Source: Picochlorum sp. SENEW3 (lineage: Eukaryota). From it: a stretch of 64,000 bases of DNA. Numbering within the stretch: position 1 is the stretch's first letter; every line of letters starts with the position of its first letter. The notes beneath the pieces were generated by a model. That model was not told the origin of the DNA, made no database searches, and was given only the letters and a program-made list of their open reading frames with translations. Shown here in pieces: positions 20,565-31,789 of the stretch. The translations under genes were made by a program, and so were the position numbers. Where the stretch lies: NCBI GenBank assembly GCA_034226945.1, contig CP120458.1:1054001-1118000 (forward strand), given 5' to 3'.

Positions 20565-22727
20565 TTATTTATTGAATACTTTCCCAAGTGCATCACCAAT
20601 TTCTTTCAACAAGAAAGCTTTCGATCCTGACATGAAGGACATCCGTTCCAACAATTGATCTTGCAGAACCTGGCATTGTCCGATTGCATCTCTCGCTGTT
20701 CCCCATGCAAGAGGTACATATTCCAAGTCAAAAGAAGGCCCGCTTTCTTCATCATCATCCTCATCTTCTGCTGGACAAATTTTGAACATAAATCCAGTCG
20801 TGGGATGGTTGTAGATGATGCCATTTCCAGATACCTCGGCCTCCAAACCAATGTGATCTAACAGCTCCCTTTCCTCTGCAGTTATCCTCGCAAAATCATC
20901 CCCGCCTTCCTGAACAGGCGGCAATTTTGCTCCTTGAATGCTACTGCGGCTGCCCGAATAAAACTCAATTTGCTTCGGTTGACCATCTGGACCCAACAAG
21001 GATCCAGGTTGCACAGACACCCTGCGATGAACCTGCGCTCTAGATTCTTTTGTGCCAGGGATATCCCCTTTGCCTTGATGGCCCGAAACTGTACCATGCG
21101 TGCTGGAGGGATATCTCCCCGAAGGCCCAGCATGAGGTATTGTGGCTTGCGGCTGCATTTCATATGACCACTCACGCTGTCCTCTGTGGAGACCCCACGT
21201 GGGCCCAGCTGCATCTACCTGACCATACGTGTACAAGGAATTGGATGGGACACCCTCGGGTACCAAAGATCGGGCCTGCATCTTGGCAACGCCGTGAGGT
21301 GCTTGGATACCAACATCCATTCCTTGCATGGAGTCTGTTCCGACACACTTGTCAGCAGTAGTGTATATCCGTGCATATTTCTCTAAAAATGCATTCCGTT
21401 TTTGCAGCTCCGTAATGCGGCTCTCTTTCTCGAGATTAGAAACACTGAGGTCGTTTACTTCGAGCTCAAGCTCACTTATGCGAGACTGTAACTCCCTTAT
21501 TTTTTGATTCAACTCTGCAACCTTGTCAGTGTCCACAAGATCTGCGAGCCTCTCAGCTTCGGATTTCCAGTGCTCTGCGACCTCCGCGGCAGCTTTACCA
21601 TGTTCTCTCACCTTATCATTCTGTATTTCGATGACTTGCTCGATGTCTTCCCTGATCTTCAGATCCTTCAGGGCTGCATTTTCCTCCTCCAACTTTTTGC
21701 AGAGATCCACAAGGGATGCCATGCTATCCCTCATTTCCTGAACATGCTTGCCACTAATCTCCGGTAACTGAATCTTGTATACATCGGGTGACGTCGAGAA
21801 ATCGTTGAGATACCTTTTGGTATCCAACAGCCTTGGCGATGAGCTGCCCCCATGCAGACCTTCTATTGATTTCATCAGACCAGCAATATCGAACTGATTA
21901 CCCGCCTCTTTTACCTTCTTGGAGGAGGAAATATGACCGATTTTGGCGGCGATACCACCGAGCTGATCTGGACCAGCGATTGGCGACCCTTTCCTTTTGA
22001 CATTCAACTTGCTTGGCTCTGGGGAGGGTGTATGCTCACTCACAGTCTCTTCATCCAACAAATCCACTTCATCTACCGTGCTCCTCTGATGTGCCCACGG
22101 TAATCCAGGTACTTCTCGCTTCGCCTCGGCTTTCGTCGAACCCTTTTTACTCCTTCCGCTCTTCTTCTTGGCTGGAGCAGCAGCACCTGAAATTTCTCTG
22201 GACGAGGACGGCAGATCAACTGCAGTACAATGAAAGCACAATTATTCATTTATAGGCGACACAAAATGCCGGGTTGCCAAATCAGGACATGTAGCGCAAG
22301 CGTGAGACATGCGACGAACTCCACTCGAAAGTCAACAACGGGACGTACCGATTGGAACAACAGTCAGGCCGGCATTCCTTCCGCGAGCTGGAATTCGCTT
22401 TGTATCTTTTCCTGACGTGTCATTTTTTTTCTTATTTGTTTGCTTCCCATTGCCGGAGCCCGAACTCTTCTTCGAACCTCCCGAAGTCTTGGCGGTTGGT
22501 CTTTTGCCAAACACTGGGCTTTCTTTACCACTATCGGACGCATTCTCCTTATTTGGACTCCCAGCGTCCTTTTTCTTTTTCGATTGAGCTGCTTTTTTCT
22601 TTTTCTTTGGCTCTGCTGGAGGATCGTTGACGTTTGGCTGAATAGTTTTCAGCCAAGCAGGAACCATTCCCGAGCCTTTGTCACTATAGCTCACGGGAGC
22701 ACGCGCTCGCATGCCCCGACCAGCCAT
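20565..22727 (-). CDS. Coiled-coil protein with a C-terminal Csm1/TITAN9-like globular domain; intron 22220-22348
   Basis: Lys-rich N-terminal exon joined in frame (VVPI|VDLPS); long heptad region; C-terminal HPTTGFMFKI...LEYVPLAWGT...ERMSF resembles my recollection of plant TITAN9/Csm1. Confidence 0.6.
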
Positions 22728-22859
22728 TATTTACAATAAATACAGTTTCAGAAGTTTAATGAATATTTGGAACAAAAATCGCTGGCATGACGAGAAACTC
22801 ATGTACATTTTTTGAAATGGAAAGCGCGCCTATTTTTTGGTCGACGTCGACATCTGGGC

Positions 22860-24107
22860 CTAGGACATTGGCAAGGAGAGAAATGAGACTGAACCTTCTT
22901 CAGAATTTTCCCCTTGGCCTGATTTCCATGCTCCGATAGCGATGGCGTCCCCTCGGTCAGATGCCGAAATGGAGAGGCCAAATTCGTCAGTTTCCTTGAA
23001 CCTCTCGTCCTGAATCGTTGCCAGGTGGATCCACTCCCCTTCGACATCTTGGAAGAGGAGGACGCTACCAACATGAGATTTTTCGCCTTCTTTTGAGAGA
23101 AATGAGTGTCCCGGAGCCGAAACAAAGAGCAATTCGCCATTGTTACTGCATGACAGGCTGACACCAAAGAGCCGACCCTCCGTCCTCTGGCCATCGGGCA
23201 TCTCTATTGTGTCAATAAACTCAAAGGATCCACGCTCCCCTTTTCTCTCCAATACATACACGCACCCCTTCTTTTCATCATGCCCTGGCGAGGATATAAA
23301 CATTCTGTTCCCAGACATGGCGATAGAAGTACCGAAATATTCTCGTTTTCCTAGGGGCACACCAGGCGGAGTAAGTTTCTCGCCCAATTCCCACGAGCCA
23401 TTCGTGTTGTCCAATAGGTACACAATACCTCTTCCTGCTCCACATGTAGGCGCGGCGATTGCACAATATCTTGCACGCTGCTCCATGGCAACGAATTCCC
23501 CAAACTCTCCCAATTCATTCTCCCTTCTATCGCATTCCTCCAACTCTACTCTTGCTCTCTGCATCCACACTCGTGCAGATGAATCTTTTTCAAAAATATA
23601 CGTGGCACCGCATTGTTTCCCGTATTGCGGTGCCCCCACTACCACCCAAGTAGCTGTCTCATCCATGCAGACAGAGAGCCCAAAACAGTCTCCTGGTTCC
23701 AGCCCTGTCTTGGTCGGCCTGATCGCTTGTATTTCTGTGAACACCCCTCCTGCACTTTTCTGGAACATATACACACACCCAGTGGCACCATCATATCCAT
23801 AGCTGCCTACAGCAATTGTCGAGCCATCTGGCACCACAGCAACTGTCCCAAAGCTGTGGTTATCATTCTGATCAGATGCTGCAAGAACCTGTGAGAGCAC
23901 TGGCTTTCCAGAGCCCTCAAAGTGGTACACATAAGCTCTCCCATTGTTGACGAATCCATCACCGCTCGCGTGCCACGCGCCGACGAGGAGCAACCCGCAT
24001 GTGCTCTCCATCTGAACTCTCACTCCAAACCAGGAACCAGAGCCGTGGTTTAGGCCGGGTGGCCTCAAAACAACATCAGGTTTCAATGTACCATCTCTTC
24101 GTAGCAT
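22860..24107 (-). CDS. FG-GAP repeat (integrin-alpha-like) seven-bladed beta-propeller protein, intronless
   Basis: Seven repeats of FGxxV...vGAP...GxVYxF, for example FGLSVCMDETATWVVVGAPQYGKQCGATYIF. Confidence 0.85.
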   Translation of the reverse strand: MLRRDGTLKPDVVLRPPGLNHGSGSWFGVRVQMESTCGLLLVGAWHASGDGFVNNGRAYVYHFEGSGKPVLSQVLAASDQNDNHSFGTVAVVPDGSTIAVGSYGYDGATGCVYMFQKSAGGVFTEIQAIRPTKTGLEPGDCFGLSVCMDETATWVVVGAPQYGKQCGATYIFEKDSSARVWMQRARVELEECDRRENELGEFGEFVAMEQRARYCAIAAPTCGAGRGIVYLLDNTNGSWELGEKLTPPGVPLGKREYFGTSIAMSGNRMFISSPGHDEKKGCVYVLERKGERGSFEFIDTIEMPDGQRTEGRLFGVSLSCSNNGELLFVSAPGHSFLSKEGEKSHVGSVLLFQDVEGEWIHLATIQDERFKETDEFGLSISASDRGDAIAIGAWKSGQGENSEEGSVSFLSLPMS

Positions 24108-24229
24108 ATTTATGCCTTTATTTTACATTCAAAATTACTTATTTGACTATTCCGGTCTATAGATGTCTGATTCGTTTGTTTAGGGTGATCGCGTCGCTGA
24201 CGTGGCCGGATCTGCACACATGTTTGTGT

Positions 24230-25951
24230 TCAAATCAAAGGATCAAGGCTGGGAACTCGAGGTGTGTTCCTCCGTTCCTCGAGTTCCTCCTGCGAGAGAC
24301 GTGGTAAGCTTGAAAGCAGTTCAAAGGATGCAACTTGGTTGAAACCTCCCTCCCATTGGATTTGGACAGCATAATTGCCAACACTTCTAATATCCATTGG
24401 CTCGATATCATCCGGTATATCACCATCCGAAAGCATTTTCTCCCCTGTCCATTCGTTGATACTAGCAGCGGATGTGTCATTCCTTCTTACAGTTGCAGGA
24501 TCCAAGTAGTACGCGGCAGCCTCGCCCTCACCTGTATGGGCAGAAGGAGGTTTGACCACAAATGCAGCCACCTCTGAATCATACCGGCATGCATTCTTCG
24601 GTACGCGAGCCAACTTTGCAGCTTCTCTCACGACGCATGCACCCAGTTCTTGGAACACTTGAGAAGTCGCACCGATCGGATCTTCGACGACAAGAGGCTT
24701 GCCACCATCCCCAGCAGCAGACAGCCGCGAGTCAATGGGAAATTTCACCAGGTGTGGGATACCGAAATCCGCTTGGACCCGCTCGCCAGACCCTTCACCG
24801 AATGGTTGATATCGTTTCCCATCATCTCCATCAAAATAGCTCATATTCTCTGCAACAGCAACACATGGCACCTCCATTCGCGCAAACATTCTAATACCTT
24901 TGGCCACGTCAACAAATGCCAAGTTCTGTGGTGTGGTCACAACAACGGCGGCCGTAAAAGCGACTGTCTGACACAGGGTAAGCTGAATATCACCAGTACC
25001 AGGTGGAAAATCGACCACCAGATAATCCAGCTCACCCCATTCTGATGTCAGGAGAAGCTGTTCAATCAACCCAGACACCATGGGACCCCTCATGATGGCA
25101 CTGCCTTGTCCAGCAAACCCAAACGACACTCCTTTAACGCCTTCATACTCAACAGGAGTGATGGCCTGCATTGCGTATACTCATGTCATTGTGTGACGAG
25201 GTGACTAACTATCAGAAATATGTCCACATACCTTTGTCTCATGGTCCATCTGAAGCACTCGAATCTCCGGGCGTATCATCGTAGGAAGACTGGGCCCATA
25301 CACATCAGCATCGAAAATTCCCACTTTTGCTCCCATCTGGGCAAGAGTGTACGCAAGGTTCACGGCCGTGGTAGATTTGCCCACCCCACCCTTGCATGAT
25401 GACACGGCAATAATATGCTTCACCCGTCGCAGCCCATTAGGCCTATTCTCTTCCGGCCCAAGGGGAGCCACTGGCTGAGCATCCATCTTCACGTCCACGC
25501 TCGTCACCCAGTCGATCCCAGACACCACGGCGTTCGCACTCTTTTCAAACTCCTCCTTTATTGGACAAGCTGGTGTCGTTAGTTCCAACCTGAAAGACAC
25601 CCTCCCTGATCCAGAATCTATCTCTAAATCTTTCACAAATCCGCAATCCACAATGTTCATTCCAAAATCTGGATCCATGATGGTAGATAAAGCACCTAGG
25701 ACATCTCCCTCCAACGTTCGAACCCCACCTTCTCCATGGGCTCTGCATCGCAATCCAGAAATACGACCACATCCATCATTCTTAACCATCACATTGTTAC
25801 TGAGTCCACGACAATGCCCAATGGAAGTCCTGGCTGGCCTTGCTACTGGAGACATGTGCGTCCCACATGTGGGCGATACCCGAGCCAAAGACCGAGTGCT
25901 CATCGGCCCCCAACCATGAGTTTGCATCAACTTCATTCTGAAAATATGCAA
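24230..25951 (-). CDS. HCF101: Plastid [4Fe-4S] scaffold HCF101 (DUF59 + Mrp/NBP35 ATPase + DUF971); intron 25166-25231
   Basis: Motifs DPDFGMNIV...[49 protein letters not shown] and [10 protein letters not shown]. The exact start ATG is uncertain. Confidence 0.95.
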
Positions 25952-26019
25952 AATCTACAATGCATGGGATCTGGACTGGCAACGGTATTGTTGCCGATTG
26001 CGCTCTGGATCACAGCATG

Positions 26020-26039
26020 CATCCAGCTGCAGCTGGATG
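26020..26039. promoter_or_regulatory. 20-bp perfect palindrome in the HCF101/GET3 divergent promoter
   Basis: CATCCAGCTGCAGCTGGATG is its own reverse complement and contains two CAGCTG cores. A regulatory role is inferred only. Confidence 0.55.
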
Positions 26040-26103
26040 AAAGATGTTGACCATAACAACCTCATCATACGAGCCCAGTCTCCAGATTCAAAACACATTC
26101 ATC

Positions 26104-27257
26104 ATGTCTGGAGTACACGACTGTGACGAGTATGCCTTGGAACCAACCTTGGAGAACATCCTAGAGCAGACCTCTCTGAAATGGATTTTTGTGGGAGGCA
26201 AAGGAGGCGTAGGGAAGACGACGACGTCGTGTAGTTTGGCCATTCAGCTTGCTAGAGTCAGATCAAGTGTTTTAATTATATCCACGGATCCTGCTCATAA
26301 CCTGAGCGATGCTTTTAGACAGAAGTTTACAAAGACACCGACACTCGTGAATGGATTCGACAACCTCCACGCCATGGTACGATTCGGTTGCTCTTTCAGG
26401 TTGAAAAATATGCTTTGTTTTGTTCTTATGTTCTTCTCGTGTAGGAAGTTGACCCGAATCCGGATGTGTCAGAGCTGGAGACTATGGAAGGGCTTGAGGA
26501 AGGAGGCTTTCTGGCCGAGATTTCCTCCTCTATCCCAGGTATCGATGAAGCCATGAGCTTTGCAGAAGTTATGAAGAGGGTCCAATCCATGGATTATTCT
26601 TGCATCGTCTTCGACACTGCCCCGACGGGGCACACGCTGCGTCTGCTGCAGTTCCCAACCACCCTGGAGAAGGGACTGGGCAAACTCATGAGCCTCAAAG
26701 ACTCGTTCGGAGGAATCTTGTCGACTGCTTCCTCCTTGCTCTCTGGCCCTGGAAGCGAGGACATGCTGACCGGTATCATGGAGAAGCTCGAAAAGCTGAA
26801 GGAGATTGTGGAAGAGGTGAATGCCCAGTTCAAGAGTGCCGACCTCACAACTTTTGTCTGTGTGTGCATTCCAGAGTTCTTGTCGCTCTATGAAACCGAG
26901 AGACTAGTTCAGGAACTGGCCAAGTTTGAGATCGACTGCAGGAACATTGTGATCAACCAAGTCATCTTCCCAGAGGAGGTTGGTTCGTCTCGACTCCTCC
27001 AAGCCCGAGTCAGGATGCAGCAAAAGTACTTGGAACAGTTCTACGACCTGTACGAAGATTTCCACATTGTCAAAATGCCTCTGTTGGAGGAAGAAGTGCG
27101 AGGAAATGACTCGTTAGGTTCATTCTCAGACAACCTCATCACCCCGTACAGCCAATCGTCGTTGGAGGACCTCGACAAGCAAGTCCTCATGAACGAGGCG
27201 GACCACCTGAGATCTAAATTGGAACAGGTGGAACAGAAATTGGCACAAATGAATTGA
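26104..27257 (+). CDS. GET3: GET3/TRC40 (ArsA-like) ATPase; intron 26377-26444
   Basis: Motifs [47 protein letters not shown] and [19 protein letters not shown] at 27272. Confidence 0.96.
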
Positions 27258-27323
27258 ATACATTCCACTGCTGTAATTTATTTGTTGATCCCATCGAAAA
27301 TAGGTACTACTGTAGGCACCGCC

Positions 27324-27626
27324 ATGAAAACAACAGGCGACCTCGTCGAAAATCTCAACCACGCAGATACGGTACGTACGCATGCCAGAGTCATGGCAAG
27401 TGGACAATGATTGATTAAAGATTCGCTGCAGACATTGATTGAGACCATTGACAAAACTCGCGCGGTTATGGAGCACCTTGCTTCTGCCCAGCCTGACCAG
27501 CAGAGTATCCAGACCTTGTGCCAAAAGGTTGTGAAAGACTTGGAGAGCGTGGGATCTGCGTATGGGGATGTGTGTGAGGCCCTCAAACAATCCATTCCGG
27601 TCCAGCCTCAGCAGCCACCGCGATGA
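27324..27626 (+). CDS. Small helical protein, possibly Mediator subunit MED11-like; intron 27372-27431
   Basis: Spliced product MKTTGDLVENLNHADT|TLIETIDKTRAVMEHLASAQPDQQSIQTLCQKVVKDLESV...; strong GTACGT donor and TGCAG acceptor. The MED11 resemblance is by eye only. Confidence 0.5.
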
Positions 27627-27785
27627 CCATGTTGCTTTCCCTAAAAGGAATGTTGAAAACATTGTGGCTGCTGATGTGGCAGTGCCGGTTCCGACACGAT
27701 TTATTGACACGTGCCTCGACGTGCATTCAATTTTCAAAGAAAAAGTTTATTATTACGAATACATATACAGAGTATCAGAATTGAT

Positions 27786-28238
27786 ATGATGATGACGAGT
27801 GCGAGGGTAGTGACACAAGCAAAACTGGGTGCACTCCCAGTAACTTTGCCCACACGGACACGTGACCGGTGCCGTCGACTGTGTGTCCGTGCGTCGGACG
27901 ATGAGGACATGGTGCCAATTTTTTCTGGAAGAAGGAAGAAGGGTTTCAGCGCCAAGGAGTATGAGCAGCTGAGGAACCCACAACTGTTGGGTGGCAAGAC
28001 CATTGGGGAGGAGTTGGAGCTTTTGCGGAAGCAGTATGTGTCTTCAGAGGAGACGGCGTCTAATCAGGTTCAATCTGATTTGATATCGGACAATTGGCAA
28101 GGCGATGTATACGTCGGAAGTAGATGGAACACATTGTCGGTTTTATATTTGATCATGTTGGTATCCATTGGAGGCATCGGGCTGTTCGCATGGATGTCTT
28201 ATGGCACCATGTGGGGAGTCACTCCAGGATTACGGTGA
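27786..28238 (+). CDS. Uncharacterised plastid-targeted protein with a single C-terminal transmembrane helix
   Basis: Transit-peptide-like N-terminus ending CVRA; C-terminal WQGDVYVGSRWN plus a hydrophobic helix ending YGTMWG. Confidence 0.7.
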   Translation: MMMTSARVVTQAKLGALPVTLPTRTRDRCRRLCVRASDDEDMVPIFSGRRKKGFSAKEYEQLRNPQLLGGKTIGEELELLRKQYVSSEETASNQVQSDLISDNWQGDVYVGSRWNTLSVLYLIMLVSIGGIGLFAWMSYGTMWGVTPGLR

Positions 28239-28296
28239 TTGTCACAACAGTGCAGTAATAGCATAGGGTTTCGTGAGTGTTCCGGCCAGACGTAGC

Positions 28297-28341
28297 TAGA
28301 TGCTTCTAGCAAGCATCTATCATCTCCAGCAATTGCTGGAG
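28297..28341. repeat. Hairpin plus 18-bp perfect palindrome in an intergenic region
   Basis: TAGATGCTT-ctagc-AAGCATCTA (28297-28319) and CTCCAGCAATTGCTGGAG (28324-28341). Confidence 0.85.
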
Positions 28342-28727
28342 CAGTGAGAAGATCCACTGGAAATAATAACTGTACTATAGATTGAAGATGTTGATTATTT
28401 TTTCAAGATAATTTTGAGTATTCTTATAGTATGTCAATTGTTATCATGTATCATGAATTTGTGATTCTGCTGCTAGGCGACAAGGTGACATCGAGAAACG
28501 AAAAGTAGTGAAAGTTTTCGTTCCTGAAACACTATGATATGAGATTCATCCATCCTATTTTTCCTGTTCAATAATTGTTCGGATAATCATATCTGATTCG
28601 GGGTTGAGTCTCAGCAACAAATACAGTACGTACTGTATACAGCAACAACAAATCAGTCCGGTAACATAGCGAGCGAGATAGGATTGAAGTGGTGCTGTAA
28701 CCCACACTAATTCATTAGATTGATAAA

Positions 28728-31700
28728 ATGCCTCAGTTGCGGATGCTTGGACGCCGTTGGCGGCTTGCAAGCGATATGCTGCCGCTTATGGCGATTGTTT
28801 TTGTCATCATTCACGTTGCCATCCTGGTTCCTGTCTTCACCATGTATGCGATTGGAAGGGGCGGCTATTCGTGTCCACAGGAGAGTCTCGTAGAAGGGTC
28901 TATTTTGACAACACTGTTATGTCACCTGATAGCATTGGTTCACGACGCCGTGATGGTGGTTGTTGGCTTGAGAGGGGGGCCTTTTGAGGAGAAGAGGAGG
29001 AGATCCATGCCAACAATGATGGTATCGCGCATCTTTGTGTATCTGCTGACTCTGGCAGCCGTGATTTTGTCGACTGTTCTGGTATATAGTCCCACTGTAC
29101 AGGACAATTGCTTTGCAGGAGATCCATGCAAAGCAGTTGCTGGTGTATGTGAGAATGGAAGGCTCATAGAGGCGTGCAGAATTGCATATGAGTTTTCTCC
29201 GAGGGAGCTGCAAGTGTGTCGGACACAGTGGTTCAATTTAGCGGCAACGTATGCTGTGGTGAACTACAATGCCTCCTATCTGCCCCATTACCCAGATGGA
29301 GGCATCGCCTATGATGGGATTTGCAATGTCTCCATAACGGCAGTGTCTGAAGCATTCAAGAAATGGCAAGAGGAGACGGGGCAATATTTCCCTCCATACA
29401 GAGAATCAATTCTTCCAGGGCAGCCAGGAGACGATGCAGTATACGTAGGTACCATTTGGGCAGATGACATGGGCATGGTGCCAGAGAATGTCACATGGAA
29501 TGGGTGCCTTGATGGCGCCTGCCAGGGTATAGCAGCTGCCCCGAACGAATGCCCAGGATACAATGCATTGATTGCTTTCGGAGAAGACAGTCCATTGTAT
29601 AGGGATGCGCAAGGCGTTGTTTGGGGTTCTTGGGCGATATTGATCCTGGTGCTTGCCATTTTCATCTTCTCATTCAATGCATTCCCTGACTATTCCAAAC
29701 AAGAGAGTTGGACAGGCTCGGTGCGAAGTTTGTCCAGAATGCTTTGTTTCTCCTCCTTGCTCGACTCGATCGAAACAGAGGACGGTACTACTGCGGCTGA
29801 AGGTCTGGGCGAATTGCTGTTTAAACTCTTTGGAAGCATCGACCTGGATATGACGGACAAGATTTTAGGACTTTACCTTGTGTCAGAAAGACAACAGTGG
29901 AGGAGATTTACGGTGGCAACAAGTGTGCTCAGCTCGTATGGGTACGAGTACACACGCAAACGCAGAGGTTTGAGCTGCTGTCGTGGGTCCTTGTTGAAGA
30001 GGAAGAAGGCCCTCAAGTCTCGACTGCAGTCATCCTTGGACGGGGAATCTCTTGGCGTGGAAGTTAGAAAACTGGTTCCCTGCCCAGAATCTTTCTCAGC
30101 GTCGTATGAAATTTCTTTTTTATCGCCAAAAATGTACCATAGCTTTGCGAGGCTAGCGGGAGAAGATGTGCCGACTGAGGCAGAGGTTATACAGTCAATG
30201 TGGTCAGCGCCACAACAAGAGCACATTGAATCAGACAAGATTGTTGCTTCACAAGCAGCCATGAGAACACTCCAAACTATGACGCTTGAGTTTGATTCGA
30301 CGACATTTTTGACACCAGCCAAATTTTCTCATGGTGCTTTTGAACCACAAATATCTGCTCCTGCAGCAGCAAATGTATACCTTGGCAGTCCGACAAGCTA
30401 TGTGCCGAAAGAAACTCTGGAGGACTGCCTAAAACTCTCATGGTTTGCGAAGGCGTCGTATGGCCTTCAGACGGTGAAATGGAAGGATGCCAAAACAGGG
30501 AACTGGTGCTTGGACACACTTGACATGTGCCTTGATTGCCTCAAGTCTATTGGTGCAAAGGTTGTGGTGAAGAATCATTTTAGGAAGAGGAATCTTAACG
30601 CAATCATTAATTACACGGGAATTGATCCAGCAGATATCCTTCATGTGTCGTACACAAATACTGCAATGGGAATTTTGCCCTACATGGTTGTCGTTGATAG
30701 ATCATCACAGAACATCATCATCTCTGTCAGGGGAACAGTGAATACAGATGACATGATCACGGACCTCATGAGTCATCCAAAGGACTGCAGATCAAGTTTG
30801 CCTGAATGGGTGTTGAGAGAAATCTATGGCAGTGAGCATGGATGGGATCATCATGGAACCAAACAGGACAAGATTTACTGTCATGGTGGCATGTTGTCAT
30901 CAGCAAAGGCAATACTGGCAGATCTGGATTCGAAGGATCTTTTGACTGCCATGGAGGGTGTCACACGCAGTTTCGATGACGAATGTATCCTCGAAACTCT
31001 TGGCGGTGTGGATGGGAGAATTTATAGGGAGGAGATTGATGATCTCGGCCAAGAAGATGATGTTTGTCTGCCTCTTGGAAGAGCTCAATCAGTCGTGCAC
31101 GAAGCAGCAGAGAAAGGTTGGGGACTCGTCGTCACAGGCCACTCATTGGGTGCCGCCGTTGCAAGTATTATTTCGTTTAGCCTGATTGAGAGGTTCAGTT
31201 TTGCCCGTTGCGTTGTCTTCAATCCTCCTGGAGGAGTCATGGACCCAAGACTTGCCGAACTGTCTAACAAGTTCTGTACGTCAGTCGTAGTTGGATTCGA
31301 TGGAATATCTAGATTGTCCATTTCAAACGTCAGAATGATGATTGATGACATGGTCCTTGCGCTGGGGCGATGCAAGAGGGCAAAATTGGCTGTCTTCTGT
31401 GATGCTGTACTTGGGAGAAGACAGGATCCGTCATCCGCCCCTCCGACCTTCTGTGATTTTCAAAGCATAGATGATGAGGCAAAATCCATTATATCCCTCT
31501 ACCTCGAAACCTCGCGACTGCATGCCACTGGCGAGACGGACATTCCTCTACACCCTCCTGGCAAAATTGTCTTCTTGAGGCCGCATTACGAGATGGGTTC
31601 TTCAAAGCCGCCCAGCACGTGGGACGCGCTGTATGTCAGGAAAGAAGACCTAATGGATGAAGGAATACTGATATTGAAAGAGATGCTAGTGCATCATCAC

Positions 31701-31754
31701 ATTTATGCTTTGCAAGAAGCCCTGCAAGCAGCAATGAAGCATGGAGATCCTTAG
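28728..31754 (+). CDS. sn1-diacylglycerol lipase-like protein (four TM helices + Lipase_3)
   Basis: N-terminal MPQLRMLGRRWRLASD resembles the DAGL signature; four TM helices; motifs ISVRGT, HGGM, VTGHSLGAAVA and HPPGKI. Confidence 0.85.
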   Translation: MPQLRMLGRRWRLASDMLPLMAIVFVIIHVAILVPVFTMYAIGRGGYSCPQESLVEGSILTTLLCHLIALVHDAVMVVVGLRGGPFEEKRRRSMPTMMVSRIFVYLLTLAAVILSTVLVYSPTVQDNCFAGDPCKAVAGVCENGRLIEACRIAYEFSPRELQVCRTQWFNLAATYAVVNYNASYLPHYPDGGIAYDGICNVSITAVSEAFKKWQEETGQYFPPYRESILPGQPGDDAVYVGTIWADDMGMVPENVTWNGCLDGACQGIAAAPNECPGYNALIAFGEDSPLYRDAQGVVWGSWAILILVLAIFIFSFNAFPDYSKQESWTGSVRSLSRMLCFSSLLDSIETEDGTTAAEGLGELLFKLFGSIDLDMTDKILGLYLVSERQQWRRFTVATSVLSSYGYEYTRKRRGLSCCRGSLLKRKKALKSRLQSSLDGESLGVEVRKLVPCPESFSASYEISFLSPKMYHSFARLAGEDVPTEAEVIQSMWSAPQQEHIESDKIVASQAAMRTLQTMTLEFDSTTFLTPAKFSHGAFEPQISAPAAANVYLGSPTSYVPKETLEDCLKLSWFAKASYGLQTVKWKDAKTGNWCLDTLDMCLDCLKSIGAKVVVKNHFRKRNLNAIINYTGIDPADILHVSYTNTAMGILPYMVVVDRSSQNIIISVRGTVNTDDMITDLMSHPKDCRSSLPEWVLREIYGSEHGWDHHGTKQDKIYCHGGMLSSAKAILADLDSKDLLTAMEGVTRSFDDECILETLGGVDGRIYREEIDDLGQEDDVCLPLGRAQSVVHEAAEKGWGLVVTGHSLGAAVASIISFSLIERFSFARCVVFNPPGGVMDPRLAELSNKFCTSVVVGFDGISRLSISNVRMMIDDMVLALGRCKRAKLAVFCDAVLGRRQDPSSAPPTFCDFQSIDDEAKSIISLYLETSRLHATGETDIPLHPPGKIVFLRPHYEMGSSKPPSTWDALYVRKEDLMDEGILILKEMLVHHHIYALQEALQAAMKHGDP

Positions 31755-31789
31755 GGCCTTTGAGATCAAGTTTTTTTTACACATTTTAT

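Noticed and set aside
26104..27257. ArsA arsenite-pump ATPase forming a metalloid-resistance cluster with the TehA fusion
   Set aside because: It is a single-domain protein with GET3-specific motifs ([14 protein letters not shown]), so it is the tail-anchored protein targeting factor.
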